A DNA stretch of 64,000 nt from Chloroflexota bacterium (GCA_964291655.2 OZ219802.1:1376001-1440000); one strand, 5' to 3'; counted from the first letter of the stretch, positions 1 through 9,969 are shown. Notes: generated from the letters alone by a model not told the origin. Numbers and translations: made by a program.

Positions 1-1311
1 ACGCTCATGGGGCAGTGCGGTCTGCACTTGCCGGTGGCGCTTGGCTCACGGCTGGCGGTGTTTCGACAGGTGCACGCCGACATTGGCGACGAGCAGAGCA
101 TCGAGCAGAGCCTCTCCACCTTTTCGTCACATCTCTCTAAGATCATCCCCATTCTCGATGAAGCCGACGAGCGTTCGCTCGTGCTCTTCGACGAGCTTGG
201 CGCGGGCACCGATCCCCAGGAAGGATCGGCATTGGCGCAAGCAATCCTCCTCTTTCTGCGCAATAAGCGCGTGCCGACGGTGGCTACCAGCCACTACTCG
301 GCGGTAAAAGCGCTGGCGCACGTGGAGGAGTTTATGCAGAACGCCAGCGTGGAGTTCGACGTGGAACGGCTCGCGCCCACGTACGTGCTGTCCATCGGCA
401 TGCCCGGCACGAGCCATGCACTGCAGATTGCCGGACGTCTCGGCCTGAATCCCGCAATCGCCGCGGAAGCACAAGTGCGGTTTAGTCCGACGGAGCAGGC
501 GGTAGATGCGTTGATGGTCTCCCTGCGCGACGAAACGGAGCAACTCAAGGCCGAGCGCGAGCACCTCGCGCAGGACCGCACGGGTCTGGAGGCCCAGCGG
601 GACGCGCTGGCGGCACGCGTGCGGGAGATGGAGGAGACAGTAACGGAGCAAAAGACAGCAGCATGGGACGAGGCAACCCAGGAAGCCGGGGAACTATTGG
701 AGCAGATTCAGGCGCTGGCGCGCCAGGCGAAAGTCTTCGCCACGCCGCTGGATACCAACCGCAAGCTCCTGGAGCACTCCGCCAGGCAAGCCCGCGAACG
801 GCAGCGGGAAATGCGGTCCCGGGCGCGGGCAATGCGTGAAGCGCCCACGCCGCAGTCCCTTGCCGTAGGGGACACGGTGCGCGTGCGCGGGTGGGAGATG
901 CCGGGGCAGGTGCTCGCTTCCCCGGACACGCGCGACCTGGTGGCGGTGCAGGTCGGCCAGATCAAGACCCGTGTGCCTCTGGAAGAGATTACCCAGGTAG
1001 AAACGCAGGAGCCCGCGCCTGAAAAGGAAGCGAGACAGCGTGATATCGCGCCGGCCGCACCGGTTGTGCCGGTAGAAATAGACATCCGGGGCAATCGGGC
1101 CGAGGAGAGCATCGGGACGGTTGACCGCTATCTCGATCAGGCGCTCCACAGCGGCCTGAAGAGCGTTCGCATCATCCACGGCAAGGGCACCGGCGCGCTC
1201 CGCGCCGCTATTCACGACATGCTGCGCGGCCATCCGCTCGTGCACCGCTTCCGCACCGCCCCGGCGCGGGAAGGCGGGGACGGAGCGACGGTAGTGGAGT
1301 TAGCGCAGTAG
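1..1311 (+). CDS. mutS2: MutS2 family endonuclease, C-terminal part (5' end outside window)
   Basis: DIGDEQSIEQSLSTFSSH, LFDELGAGTDP ATPase motifs, coiled coil, KOW-like region and C-terminal Smr domain (IIHGKGTGALR...GGDGATVVEL). Confidence 0.95.
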   Translation, partial: TLMGQCGLHLPVALGSRLAVFRQVHADIGDEQSIEQSLSTFSSHLSKIIPILDEADERSLVLFDELGAGTDPQEGSALAQAILLFLRNKRVPTVATSHYSAVKALAHVEEFMQNASVEFDVERLAPTYVLSIGMPGTSHALQIAGRLGLNPAIAAEAQVRFSPTEQAVDALMVSLRDETEQLKAEREHLAQDRTGLEAQRDALAARVREMEETVTEQKTAAWDEATQEAGELLEQIQALARQAKVFATPLDTNRKLLEHSARQARERQREMRSRARAMREAPTPQSLAVGDTVRVRGWEMPGQVLASPDTRDLVAVQVGQIKTRVPLEEITQVETQEPAPEKEARQRDIAPAAPVVPVEIDIRGNRAEESIGTVDRYLDQALHSGLKSVRIIHGKGTGALRAAIHDMLRGHPLVHRFRTAPAREGGDGATVVELAQ

Positions 1312-1368
1312 GAATTGCCTTGGTGAGAACGATGTTCGCTGTGTTCTGCCAATGTGCGTGAAAGTGAC

Positions 1369-1487
1369 AGACCGTTCATCCTTCGACAAGCTCAGGACGA
1401 ACGGTCTTTGGTGTTCTCGACGAACTGTCTTTAGTTTTCTTGACGAATGGTCTTTTGTTTTCTCGACGAGTGGTTTTTGGTGTTCTT
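1369..1487. repeat. REP-like hairpin (CCGTTCATCCTTCGACAAGCTCAGGACGAACGG) followed by four degenerate 23-bp tandem repeats
   Basis: Hairpin 1369-1407; units GACGAAyGGTCTTTkGTkTTCTy at 1396, 1419, 1442, 1465. Confidence 0.8.
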
Positions 1488-1590
1488 GAGGGAATTTTGT
1501 GGCAGTAACGGGCCGTGGCGATGCCGCCGCGCCAAACTGTCGTGGAGCAGGCGGCGAATGTGGGAGATATAGCCAGGTTTCCGTGGTGGA

Positions 1591-1773
1591 TTACTGCACG
1601 AAGATCTCGAAATTCACGTCCTCATCACGGTTAAGCACGCGCTGTGTCATGCGGCGCAGATAGGTGACGCTATCGTGACCGAGCAACGTACCGATGACGG
1701 AACCGAGCAGCAAGCCGCAAAACGCTCCGAGCGCTACACCCCAAACGAATTGGCCTTCTTCCGCAAGTTTCAT
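1591..1773 (-). CDS. small membrane protein (one TM helix), unknown function
   Basis: MKLAEEGQFVWGVALGAFCGLLLGSVIG...; purine-rich RBS-like sequence upstream; downstream of rsfS. Confidence 0.6.
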   Translation of the reverse strand: MKLAEEGQFVWGVALGAFCGLLLGSVIGTLLGHDSVTYLRRMTQRVLNRDEDVNFEIFVQ

Positions 1774-1859
1774 ACGTATCACAGTTCCAACCCCCTTCGT
1801 TCCGGTGAGGGCAGGCATCGCGCGCATGCGGCTTACCTAATTCGCTGCCGCACCCAGGG

Positions 1860-2210
1860 TCACTGCACACGCAGTATCGTCGTGGCCTGCGACCACAGCC
1901 GCTCGAGATGGTAGTACTCGCGCATATCGCTCGAAAAGACGTGTACCATCACGTCGCCGTAGTCCAATACCACCCAGCCACCTTCACCTTTGCCTTCGCT
2001 GCGCAGCGGGGATTCGCCCCGCGCGTCCAAGTCTTGTTCAATATGCTCCACTATTGCCCGCAATTGCGGTGTGGAATCCGCCGAACACAGTACAAAGAAA
2101 TCGGCCACAACAGTCTGACGCCGAATATCGAGCAGTGCCATGTCGGCACCGCCATGTTCGGCCATTATATCGACTGCGAGCTTTGCTTTCTCTAAGCCAT
2201 CCATCGCCAT
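1860..2210 (-). CDS. rsfS: ribosome silencing factor RsfS (Iojap)
   Basis: ADFFVLCS...QLRAI, GWVVLDYGDVMVHVF...REYYHLERLW; adjacent to nadD as usual. Confidence 0.95.
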   Translation of the reverse strand: MAMDGLEKAKLAVDIMAEHGGADMALLDIRRQTVVADFFVLCSADSTPQLRAIVEHIEQDLDARGESPLRSEGKGEGGWVVLDYGDVMVHVFSSDMREYYHLERLWSQATTILRVQ

Positions 2211-2384
2211 AATTATAGCACAGACTCCTCGTGACGGCTCCTATCAATTCGTATTTTCCATGGAAAACACACCGCCGCTAAACGTAAAAAGCAGCAATTT
2301 TCGAACAAGGCATTCCGCCCGTCTCCGCACACATCAACAGGCTCGCATGCGCCCTTTCGACTGTGAGAAGTCCTCTGTCAATCC

Positions 2385-2652
2385 TGTAAGTGTTGAGTAA
2401 TTCGTTGACAGAATTCTCTCCCAAATTGGCAGTGTTGACAGATCATGTCATTCCGAGCGGAGCGTCGAACGATGTTCGCGGAATCTAGGGTCCCTGCAAC
2501 GTGTCGCCCAAAAGGCTAAACATCTTAGATTCCGCGCTCCGAGCGACTCTTCGCTGCGCTTCGTTCGGAATGACATGTGTACTAGTCATGTCTAACACTG
2601 CGAAAGGTTGCTTTTGTTCTCAAATCTGTCAACGAATTACCTGACACTTACA
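2385..2652. mobile_element. 268-bp MITE-like element (family M1) with ~31-bp terminal inverted repeats and a 5-bp target duplication
   Basis: Left end TGTAAGTGTTGAGTAATTCGTTGACAGAATT; right end reverse complement TGTAAGTGTCAGGTAATTCGTTGACAGATTT; flanks AATCC/ATTCC; internal GTCATTCCGAG...GGAATGAC palindrome; second copy at 55416-55668. Confidence 0.8.
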
Positions 2653-2837
2653 ATTCCGAGCGCAGCGTCGAACAGGGTTCGCAAAATCTAGAGAAGCTCC
2701 CAATTCTAGATTCTTCGTCGCTGCGCTCCTCAGAATGACAGTTGGAAGTTGGCTCAGGCCTAAAGACGATCACATTTCTTGCCTCTTGCCAACCCAAGCC
2801 TAAAACTACTAAATGCTTACCTGACATTTACAATTCC
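2653..2837. repeat. remainder of the host GTCATTCCGAG-type REP pair plus an orphan M1-type right end
   Basis: ATTCCGAGCGCAGCG...AGATTCTTCGTCGCTGCGCTCCTCAGAATGAC; TTACCTGACATTTACA|ATTCC at 2817-2837. Confidence 0.6.
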
Positions 2838-2922
2838 TGTGTGTTTTGGGGGAATTGGTCGTCTTTTGGCTCCCACAGGAGCCAACTCGATAAGCCTGCC
2901 TGGAGACAACGAAGCATGAGAA

Positions 2923-3531
2923 CTACAGCCGCCTTCCGCGCCGGTAGAGTTGGTGCGTCTCGATGTAGTCGGCCACGGGGGCCGGGGTCAGGTGGCGGAT
3001 AGTCTCGCCGCCGGCAACGCGCTTGCGTATAGCGCTAGCGGAGATGTCGACCGCCGGTATCTCTTGCACGGTAATGCGCGCGCGCGCTGCCGACGAGAGG
3101 CTTGTCAGAGCGTCCAACGAGCTAAACGCCGTTGCAGGACGCGTGAGAGCAACAACCGGCACCGCCTGCAGGAGTTGCTCCGGCGCCCGCCACTGCGGAA
3201 GTTCGGCAAGTTGATCGGCGCCGATAATAAAGACGAATGAGTCATCAGGCGACTCATGCCGGAGCGCCGCCACTGTCTCCACCGCATAGCTCGGGGGAGG
3301 ACGCTCGATGTCTATCGTAGAGAGCGCAAAGGCGGGGCAGTCTGCAATTGCGAGCCGCACCATGGCAACCCGGTGGGACGTAGAAGCTCGTGCGGCGGGC
3401 TTGAGCGGCGAACGGTTCGCTGGAATGAAAAGCACGCGGTCAAGCCGCTGCTCGGTGCGCGCCGCTGCCGCGGCCATCAAGTGTCCGCAGTGAATAGGGT
3501 CGAACGTGCCGCCGAGTATGCCAATGCGCAT
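2923..3531 (-). CDS. nadD: nicotinate-nucleotide adenylyltransferase
   Basis: MRIGILGGTFDPIHCGH, FIIGAD, ISASAIR motifs. Confidence 0.95.
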   Translation of the reverse strand: MRIGILGGTFDPIHCGHLMAAAAARTEQRLDRVLFIPANRSPLKPAARASTSHRVAMVRLAIADCPAFALSTIDIERPPPSYAVETVAALRHESPDDSFVFIIGADQLAELPQWRAPEQLLQAVPVVALTRPATAFSSLDALTSLSSAARARITVQEIPAVDISASAIRKRVAGGETIRHLTPAPVADYIETHQLYRRGRRL

Positions 3532-3654
3532 TGAGCCAAGAGCCGCTTTAGCCGTGACTGCGTAAACTGAACTCAGGCTGGCGGCATAACCGCCAGCCTG
3601 AGCCCCACCTTCGCCTTGTTTGCCAGCATCCCCGCACGGAATGCTGGGACGCAC

Positions 3655-6093
3655 CTAATCGCTGCAGAACGGCAAACCGAGCTCATCCAGGTCGCTGTAT
3701 TCGACGTTGCGCAGCGCACTCGGTATGCACCCGGTTAGTTGATTGCCACCAAGATCGAGCTTCTTAAGCGAGTTGAGGTTGCCCAGCCAGGCGGGTATTG
3801 CGCCGCTCAGTTGGTTTTCGCCCAAGTCCAGCGCCTGCAGATTTACCAGGTTGCCGAGTTCGGCCGGAATGCTGCCGCTAAGCTGGTTCTCATCGAGGTC
3901 CAGCCACTCCAGGTTCGTCAGATTACCCAGCGTGGCGGGGATGCTGCCGGTAAGCTGGTTCTCGTTGAGGTCCAACTCACGCAGGTTGAGCAAGTTGCCC
4001 AATTCCGGCGGAATGCTACCGATGAATTGATTCTCGTCAATATCCAGCTCACGTAAATTGGAGAGGTTGCCGAGTGTTGCCGGCAGCTCGCCTGAGAGCT
4101 GATTGTGGCGCATATCCATAGACCGCAGGTTCGCCAGGTTACCGAGTTCAGCCGGAATGCTACCGGTGAGCTGGTTGTTCCAGAGGCCGAGTTCTTGCAA
4201 GCTGCGGAGCTTGCTCAGCGCAACCGGAATGCTGCCCACCAGCCGGTTATGGCCAAGATCCAAAACCGTCAAATTGGCAAGCTCGCCCAACTCCACCGGG
4301 ATCTCGCCGGTCAGGTGGTTGTGGGAGAGATCCAGTTCGCCCAGGCTGGACAGACTGCCCAGCGAGGCGGGTATTGCGCCGCTCAATTGGTTATCGCTAA
4401 GGTCCAGCACTTCCAGTTTGCCGGCGTTGCTCAGCGTGGCGGGAATGCTGCCCCTCAGTTGGTTGGACGCCAGGGACAGCACTTCCAGGTAGAGCAGATT
4501 GCCCAACTCCACCGGTATCTCGCCGGTGAGCCTATTGTTGGCAAGCCGGAAAGTCCGCACAAAAGCCAGGTTCTCGATTTCCACGGGTATCTCACCGGTC
4601 AGTTGGTTGTCGGAGAGATTGAAGTCTCGCAAATGGACGAGGTTGCCCAATTCCGGTGGGATCGGACCGGAGAGTTCGTTCCCGCTGAGCACCAGGTAGG
4701 CGATGAAGGGAATGTTGCCCAGTTCCGTCGGGATGGGGCCGGTCAGTTGGTTGCCGGCCAGGCCTAGGGCCCACAGATTAGTGAGGTTGCCCAATTCCAC
4801 CGGTATCTCGCCGGTGAGGAAGTTATTGTCCAACCACAAGGCTTCCAGGTTGGTAAGGTTGCCCAACTCCACCGGTATCTCACCGGTCAGGAAGTTGCTA
4901 TCGAGGTCGATGTCGCTCAGTTCGGTGAGATTGCCCAACTCCGGCGGTATGGGGCCGGTCAACTGGTTGTTCCAAAGCACCAGCGTGTCGAGACTCGTCA
5001 GGTTGCCAATCTCCGGCGGGATCTCACCCGTCAAGCGATTGAAGGAGATGTGGATGGTTCTGAGCTCGCTAAGGTTGGTCAGCTCTACGGGAAGCTCGCC
5101 ACTGATTTGATTGAAGGAAAGCACCAGCGAACTCAGATTGAGGAGGTTGCCGAATTCCGCCGGAATCTCGCCGGACAGCCGGTTGTAGTGGAGCGAAAGC
5201 GTCCGCAAGCTGATCAGCTTGCCCAACTCAACGGGCAACTCACCGGACAGCCCGTTGCGTGAGATATTCAACGACCGGAGGTTGGCGAGATCGCCCAACT
5301 CCACGGGGAGCGTGCCACTGAGCAGGTTGCGCGAGAGATTGAGTGATTCCAAATGAGTAAGATTGCCCAGTTCTGACGGGAGCATACCGCGCAGGCCGTG
5401 TTCCGAAAGACTGAGGGAGGTAACGCGCTGTAGAGAGTCTAAGCTCACGCCCTCCCACTCGCTGACGTCAAGGTCGTCGGCCCAATTGAGTGCCGTGCCA
5501 TCGCCTACGAGCGCGTCTCTTATCTCCAGGAGCGTCGCATACTCATTCTCCGCACAATACGGCAAGTCGAGCTGGCCGACATCGCCGTATGGGATGTTGC
5601 GGAATTCATCCGGCAGACATCCGGTCAGTTGATTGCCGCGCAGCGTTACCCACTCCAAATTCTCAAGGTTGCCCAATTCCAACGGAATGTCGCCGGTCAG
5701 ACTGTTGCCGGCAAGCCACAGCCGCTCCAGGCCGGAGAGGTTGGCAAGCGCAGCCGGGATAGTGCCCTGCAAATCAAGATTGCGGAGATCCACCCGGGTC
5801 ACAAGCTTCGATTCAGGGTCAATTGTGAGGCCGGTCCACTCGCTGAGCGGCGTCTCCGGTCCCCAGTTCAACGCTGTGCCGCCATCTCCCCGCAGCGCTT
5901 CTGCGATCCCAAGCGTTTGCAGCGTTGCGCAATCGTCGGTGTCAATGTCATCGGTGCACGTTTCATAGTCGGCTGCAGTAAACAAGAGGACACCACTGAG
6001 GCAGAGTAGCAGCGCCCACGCGACTGACGACATTCTAAGGTCCGATTGCCTTAGCGCCTGCATGGGACACGAAAGAAGCCGCTGAAACATCAT
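3655..6093 (-). CDS. secreted plant-type (24-aa) leucine-rich-repeat protein, two capped LRR modules
   Basis: Hydrophobic N-terminal signal; >20 LxxLxLxxNxLTGxIPxELGNL repeats; two N-caps (ALNW...SEWxG) and two C-caps (GC[LI]P...LPxC). Confidence 0.9.
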   Translation of the reverse strand: MMFQRLLSCPMQALRQSDLRMSSVAWALLLCLSGVLLFTAADYETCTDDIDTDDCATLQTLGIAEALRGDGGTALNWGPETPLSEWTGLTIDPESKLVTRVDLRNLDLQGTIPAALANLSGLERLWLAGNSLTGDIPLELGNLENLEWVTLRGNQLTGCLPDEFRNIPYGDVGQLDLPYCAENEYATLLEIRDALVGDGTALNWADDLDVSEWEGVSLDSLQRVTSLSLSEHGLRGMLPSELGNLTHLESLNLSRNLLSGTLPVELGDLANLRSLNISRNGLSGELPVELGKLISLRTLSLHYNRLSGEIPAEFGNLLNLSSLVLSFNQISGELPVELTNLSELRTIHISFNRLTGEIPPEIGNLTSLDTLVLWNNQLTGPIPPELGNLTELSDIDLDSNFLTGEIPVELGNLTNLEALWLDNNFLTGEIPVELGNLTNLWALGLAGNQLTGPIPTELGNIPFIAYLVLSGNELSGPIPPELGNLVHLRDFNLSDNQLTGEIPVEIENLAFVRTFRLANNRLTGEIPVELGNLLYLEVLSLASNQLRGSIPATLSNAGKLEVLDLSDNQLSGAIPASLGSLSSLGELDLSHNHLTGEIPVELGELANLTVLDLGHNRLVGSIPVALSKLRSLQELGLWNNQLTGSIPAELGNLANLRSMDMRHNQLSGELPATLGNLSNLRELDIDENQFIGSIPPELGNLLNLRELDLNENQLTGSIPATLGNLTNLEWLDLDENQLSGSIPAELGNLVNLQALDLGENQLSGAIPAWLGNLNSLKKLDLGGNQLTGCIPSALRNVEYSDLDELGLPFCSD

Positions 6094-6174
6094 TGTTCTC
6101 CTTAGCGACTGAGAGGTGAATAATACGTAGCGTAAGCGGCTAGAAAAGGGGGTTGTGTCGAGGTCGTTGACACA

Positions 6175-6576
6175 CTAGAAGCGGCGGCGCGATTGCAACT
6201 TGCGTTGTAGGCGGTCGATAAAACTTGGAGTCCTGTCAGTCATTTCCCGGCCGCGCCACATAGGCGCCGCCCGTCGCCGGTTGCCGCGGAAGGCAAGGTA
6301 CAGCGCGCCGCCAAAGCAGCACGCGGCGGCGACACCAAGCAGGGGCGCTGCCAGTGGAAACGTAAGTCTCAGCACGTTGCCAAGCACAAGTCCGCCAAGT
6401 CCCAGTAAGAGCAACGTCCCACTGGGGCCGAAACGATCAAGGATGGCGTAGAGGGCACGCTGCAGCGACGGAGGCGCGCGACGGATGCGCTGCTTCTCTT
6501 CCGGCACGTATACTTCAATGCCGTCGAGGAGCCGCCTCAGCTCTTGTTCGTCCCGTTTTGACATTCCTTGCGGCAT
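6175..6576 (-). CDS. hypothetical membrane protein (2 TM)
   Basis: Two hydrophobic segments, basic C-terminus with MWRGR motif. Confidence 0.6.
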   Translation of the reverse strand: MPQGMSKRDEQELRRLLDGIEVYVPEEKQRIRRAPPSLQRALYAILDRFGPSGTLLLLGLGGLVLGNVLRLTFPLAAPLLGVAAACCFGGALYLAFRGNRRRAAPMWRGREMTDRTPSFIDRLQRKLQSRRRF

Positions 6577-6645
6577 AGCGATTACCCTTAGGTTTCTTCT
6601 GTAGTATTATTCGGCAATTGGCCGCTTGCGTCAATGCGACTTGCG

Positions 6646-6900
6646 TTACTTCTCGGTTTGGCCGCGCACGATGCGGCCGGTAATATACCAGACCGCCAGC
6701 CATACGAGCCCACCAACACCAACTATGAGCACCAGGTAAGTGGCGTCCTCCCACGACCAGTTGAAGAAAAGTCGTATGACGAGCATGGAGGGAATGAGCC
6801 AGGCCACGATCTTGAGGCTGCGGGACAGCCGGGTGCGGAATTCCACCCAAAGCACCAGCGCCAGGACGAGCGCCGTGAGGAGCAAAATGAGTTGGCGCAT
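6646..6900 (-). CDS. small membrane protein (3 TM)
   Basis: Three hydrophobic stretches; start overlaps the upstream stop (TAATG). Confidence 0.65.
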   Translation of the reverse strand: MRQLILLLTALVLALVLWVEFRTRLSRSLKIVAWLIPSMLVIRLFFNWSWEDATYLVLIVGVGGLVWLAVWYITGRIVRGQTEK

Positions 6901-7628
6901 TATTCACTGAACCCCCGCAGCGTGTCAAAAGGTCCTGCCGGATACGTGCCCCGCAGCATGCGCAGGGTGTCTAAGCCCTTCTGCGAGTCGCTGGCAAGTC
7001 GCTCCGGGAGTGAGCTCGCAACACGCTGCTTGAAGAGCCAGTAGAGGAATTCTTTCCACTCGGTGAGCGTTATAACGCCATTGACCCGCTTGTCTCGCTC
7101 TGCGCAAAACTCCACCAAGAGTTCATGTTCGTCCTTGCCGTACAGGCGTGTGTAGAGGCTTTCCGGGTCGCGTGAATCGAGGGTAACACCATAATTCGTC
7201 GCCTTCTGAATCTCGTCATCCACCGCGTGGAGGAGCACCTCTTCAAGGGTGACGCCATAGAAATAATTGAGGTAAGCGCAGTACTTCTCTTCTCCCAGCA
7301 GATGGGCGAAATCTCTATCCGAATAGGTAAACGGCGGTTGTGCGCAGAAGAACAGCGCCTCGCATTCTTCTTGCGGGAGTAGCTGCCGGAAGTCCCAGCT
7401 AATGCGCTCCATTACCAGCAAAAGGTCAAGCGCTTCACCGGCAATCATGTAGCGAAAGTAGCGTCCGCCATAGCACTCTTCGTCGCGACTCCAGAGATGG
7501 ACGGCGCCCAAAAGCGCACTATACCAGTGATCTCCCGCTCCAAGGGCATCGGCAAATGCCCGCACGGCAGGAGTTTGGTCGGTAGACAGGGCTGAATCAA
7601 ACGCTTGCGGTGTTACGAGGGTCGGCAT
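6900..7628 (-). CDS. conserved hypothetical protein (start uncertain)
   Basis: Globular-looking sequence with HWY..LL.A..LW, YMIAGEALD, YLNYFYGVTLEE, FLYWLFK motifs that I recall from Chloroflexota hypotheticals. Confidence 0.7.
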   Translation of the reverse strand: MPTLVTPQAFDSALSTDQTPAVRAFADALGAGDHWYSALLGAVHLWSRDEECYGGRYFRYMIAGEALDLLLVMERISWDFRQLLPQEECEALFFCAQPPFTYSDRDFAHLLGEEKYCAYLNYFYGVTLEEVLLHAVDDEIQKATNYGVTLDSRDPESLYTRLYGKDEHELLVEFCAERDKRVNGVITLTEWKEFLYWLFKQRVASSLPERLASDSQKGLDTLRMLRGTYPAGPFDTLRGFSE

Positions 7629-8101
7629 GGCAACTACTTTAGTCGCGGTAACGCAGTTTCCCACAGGCCCCATTATACTCGTGACGAAAAGGGTATGCCT
7701 ACTATGCGCGTCTATAGTACTCATCAATGGGTATCGGCAAGTGTTGAAACTCATAGAGGATCGCCGAGTGGGTCCTGCCGAATACCATGGGATTGCACAC
7801 TTTTGCCACCCTGGTGCAATGCTTGTTCATTTGAACGTGTTTTGCGGGGCCGGTCGGAGCCGAATCCTCCGCGCATCAAAGAAGACTTAGACGTCTGGCA
7901 CGCGGCACACGCTCTCGGCTGCGGGCGGCAGCGGTTGGGTTGAATGTAAGAGAATTGGTATCATGGAGGTTGGGCACGGCCGGGATCGTCGTCGTTTTTT
8001 TATACAAGACTTCATCCGCGACGGCCTCTCAACGTAGATGAGCAGATGACGTCTCATCGTAGCCGAGCAACGGTTTCGAATACCAAGGAGCGGCAAAACC
8101 G

Positions 8102-8395
8102 GTGGCGGTGTATCGTCTGGACTACACGAATGCGGGGAGCACCGCACAGCGCATAACGGTGAATGGGGATACGGTTGTGCATCGAATCCCACCCGGCGGC
8201 AGAAAGTCGGTCCCCATGGAGATTGACGATACCGTTATCATTTGGGAACTGACCGGCGAGGACGACGCAGAGCCGCAGTCTACCGGGTCCGTCATCGGAC
8301 AGTCCGGCGGCATCTTTCTGGAGTTGCGTCCTGCTGATGATCCTGAGGCTGATCCCCAGCATATTCGCCTGCAGACCCGCCGCCGCTTGCTGTAG
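8102..8395 (+). CDS. small hypothetical beta-rich protein
   Basis: AAGGAG RBS at ~8085, GTG start, alternating beta-strand pattern. Confidence 0.55.
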   Translation: MAVYRLDYTNAGSTAQRITVNGDTVVHRIPPGGRKSVPMEIDDTVIIWELTGEDDAEPQSTGSVIGQSGGIFLELRPADDPEADPQHIRLQTRRRLL

Positions 8396-8676
8396 GTGAG
8401 CTGCCTATCCGCTAGTTAAGCCAGCATCAGGCGCAGTGCAGCCTCAGGCAAGCCCCGCTCTACTGGCTCGATTCTGCAGTATTCTTGTCTTTTCTCATTT
8501 GCACTCGCGGTTACTCACGACTAGCGGTTCAACAAGCTTGAATTGACGGGTAGCATAGGTTCGCACGGGACGTGCGCGTAACCTACGCAGTTTCCTCGCG
8601 CTGCTGCCTACACCAACTTACTGTAACTAAGTTGTTGGATCACTAGTCTGCTCGGGCTATCTTGGCCGCATGTCCC

Positions 8677-9969
8677 CTACGGTTGGGCAAGCCGTGCCTC
8701 TCGGACCTCCTTGACCAGCAAGAGGCCGACTCCGGAGAGTATTACGACAATTCCGGTGACCAGGTAGATAGGTCTCACCCCTAGTGCATCGATCAAGAAA
8801 CCACCCAACAACGCGGTGAATGGCGTGAACGCAGCGTTGATCACTACGAGATTTGCTACTACTTTCCCACGCATGTGATCGGGAGTCTCCGCCTGCACGA
8901 GGCTCTGCATCGGCAGCACGCCTGCGGTGAGGAAACCCATGAGGACAGCGATGGCAAACACGTGCCAGAGCTGCCCCGCAATCGCTAGCCCCGCTACCAA
9001 AATGCCCATGGCGGCAAGCGCGAGTGAGCTGAGCTTGCCGTCGCCTAATTGTCTTGCCAGCCACGGCGCCGCCGGCAGAGCGATGAGAATTGCAGCGGAT
9101 TCAATGGCGCTGAATAGGCCGAACGACTCCGGGCCCGCCTGAAGCGCTTGGCGGAAATACACCGGAAGCAATAGCCCCAAAGCCGGATAGTGGAACGCGT
9201 TGAGGATTAGCCCGGCAACGGCCATGGCGCGTATCAAGGGGTGCTTGAGTATGAAAGACACCGACAGTACCAGGTCTGACTTGGTGTTTCTCAGCATGCT
9301 CGCCAGCCTCGCGTGAGGCTTGGCTCCTGTGCTGATCGTGCTCCAATTTCCGGCCTGCGCGGGGGCGTCTACTCTGCTCATCAGTATTGCCGCAATGCCA
9401 TACGTAATGAGAACGCCACCAAGCGCATTCAGGCCGCCGATAGCTGCAAAGAGGAACCCCGCTGCGGCGGTACCGCCAATTCTTATTGCCTGCATACCCG
9501 CCGCTAAGGCGGCGTTTCCCGCAACCAACTTTTCTTTCGGCAGCAGGTTCGGCAGGATCGCCGCGCGGGCGGGATAGATGAGCAGACCCGCCGCGGTGAG
9601 AAGAAAACCGGCAACGGCAAAGTGCAACGTGTCTAAGGTCGTCAGGCGTCCCGCTACAAATAGTGCCGCCAACACAGCCACCCGCGCGACGTGCGAAGAT
9701 ATCATGAGAGTCTTGCGGTCCGCCCGGTCCGCGAGCACGCCGGCGAACGGTGAAAGAATGATGAACGGTGTCACAGCAGCGGCGCCGGTTATGCCCACGG
9801 CCATCGCAGTTCCCAGTTCTTGGAGAACGAGCCAGGGCAGGGCAACCCAGTAGATCGCATCGCCGACGCCGCTGGCAACCTGCGCCAGGAATAGGTAGCG
9901 AAAGTTGCGGTGCGCCAGGACCGCAAGTATTTCTGCTCGCCGGAAATGTGTGAACAGCAGTGAGTTCAT
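8677..9969 (-). CDS. MFS transporter (MFS_3/H+ antiporter-like)
   Basis: ~12 TM, HRNFRYLFLAQVASGVGD, PFAGVLADRADRK motif A. Confidence 0.9.
   Translation of the reverse strand: MNSLLFTHFRRAEILAVLAHRNFRYLFLAQVASGVGDAIYWVALPWLVLQELGTAMAVGITGAAAVTPFIILSPFAGVLADRADRKTLMISSHVARVAVLAALFVAGRLTTLDTLHFAVAGFLLTAAGLLIYPARAAILPNLLPKEKLVAGNAALAAGMQAIRIGGTAAAGFLFAAIGGLNALGGVLITYGIAAILMSRVDAPAQAGNWSTISTGAKPHARLASMLRNTKSDLVLSVSFILKHPLIRAMAVAGLILNAFHYPALGLLLPVYFRQALQAGPESFGLFSAIESAAILIALPAAPWLARQLGDGKLSSLALAAMGILVAGLAIAGQLWHVFAIAVLMGFLTAGVLPMQSLVQAETPDHMRGKVVANLVVINAAFTPFTALLGGFLIDALGVRPIYLVTGIVVILSGVGLLLVKEVREARLAQP

Noticed and set aside
1396-1487. Possible iteron/origin or mini-CRISPR
   Set aside because: Head-to-tail 23-mers derived from the end of the adjacent REP; no spacers, rep gene or DnaA boxes seen.
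3655-6093. Diversity-generating retroelement target
   Set aside because: No reverse transcriptase or TR/VR pair with adenine-specific mismatches; the repeats are ordinary LRR units.
8400-8670. Possible riboswitch/ncRNA
   Set aside because: Only two modest hairpins between convergent genes, more simply terminators; no family motif recognised.
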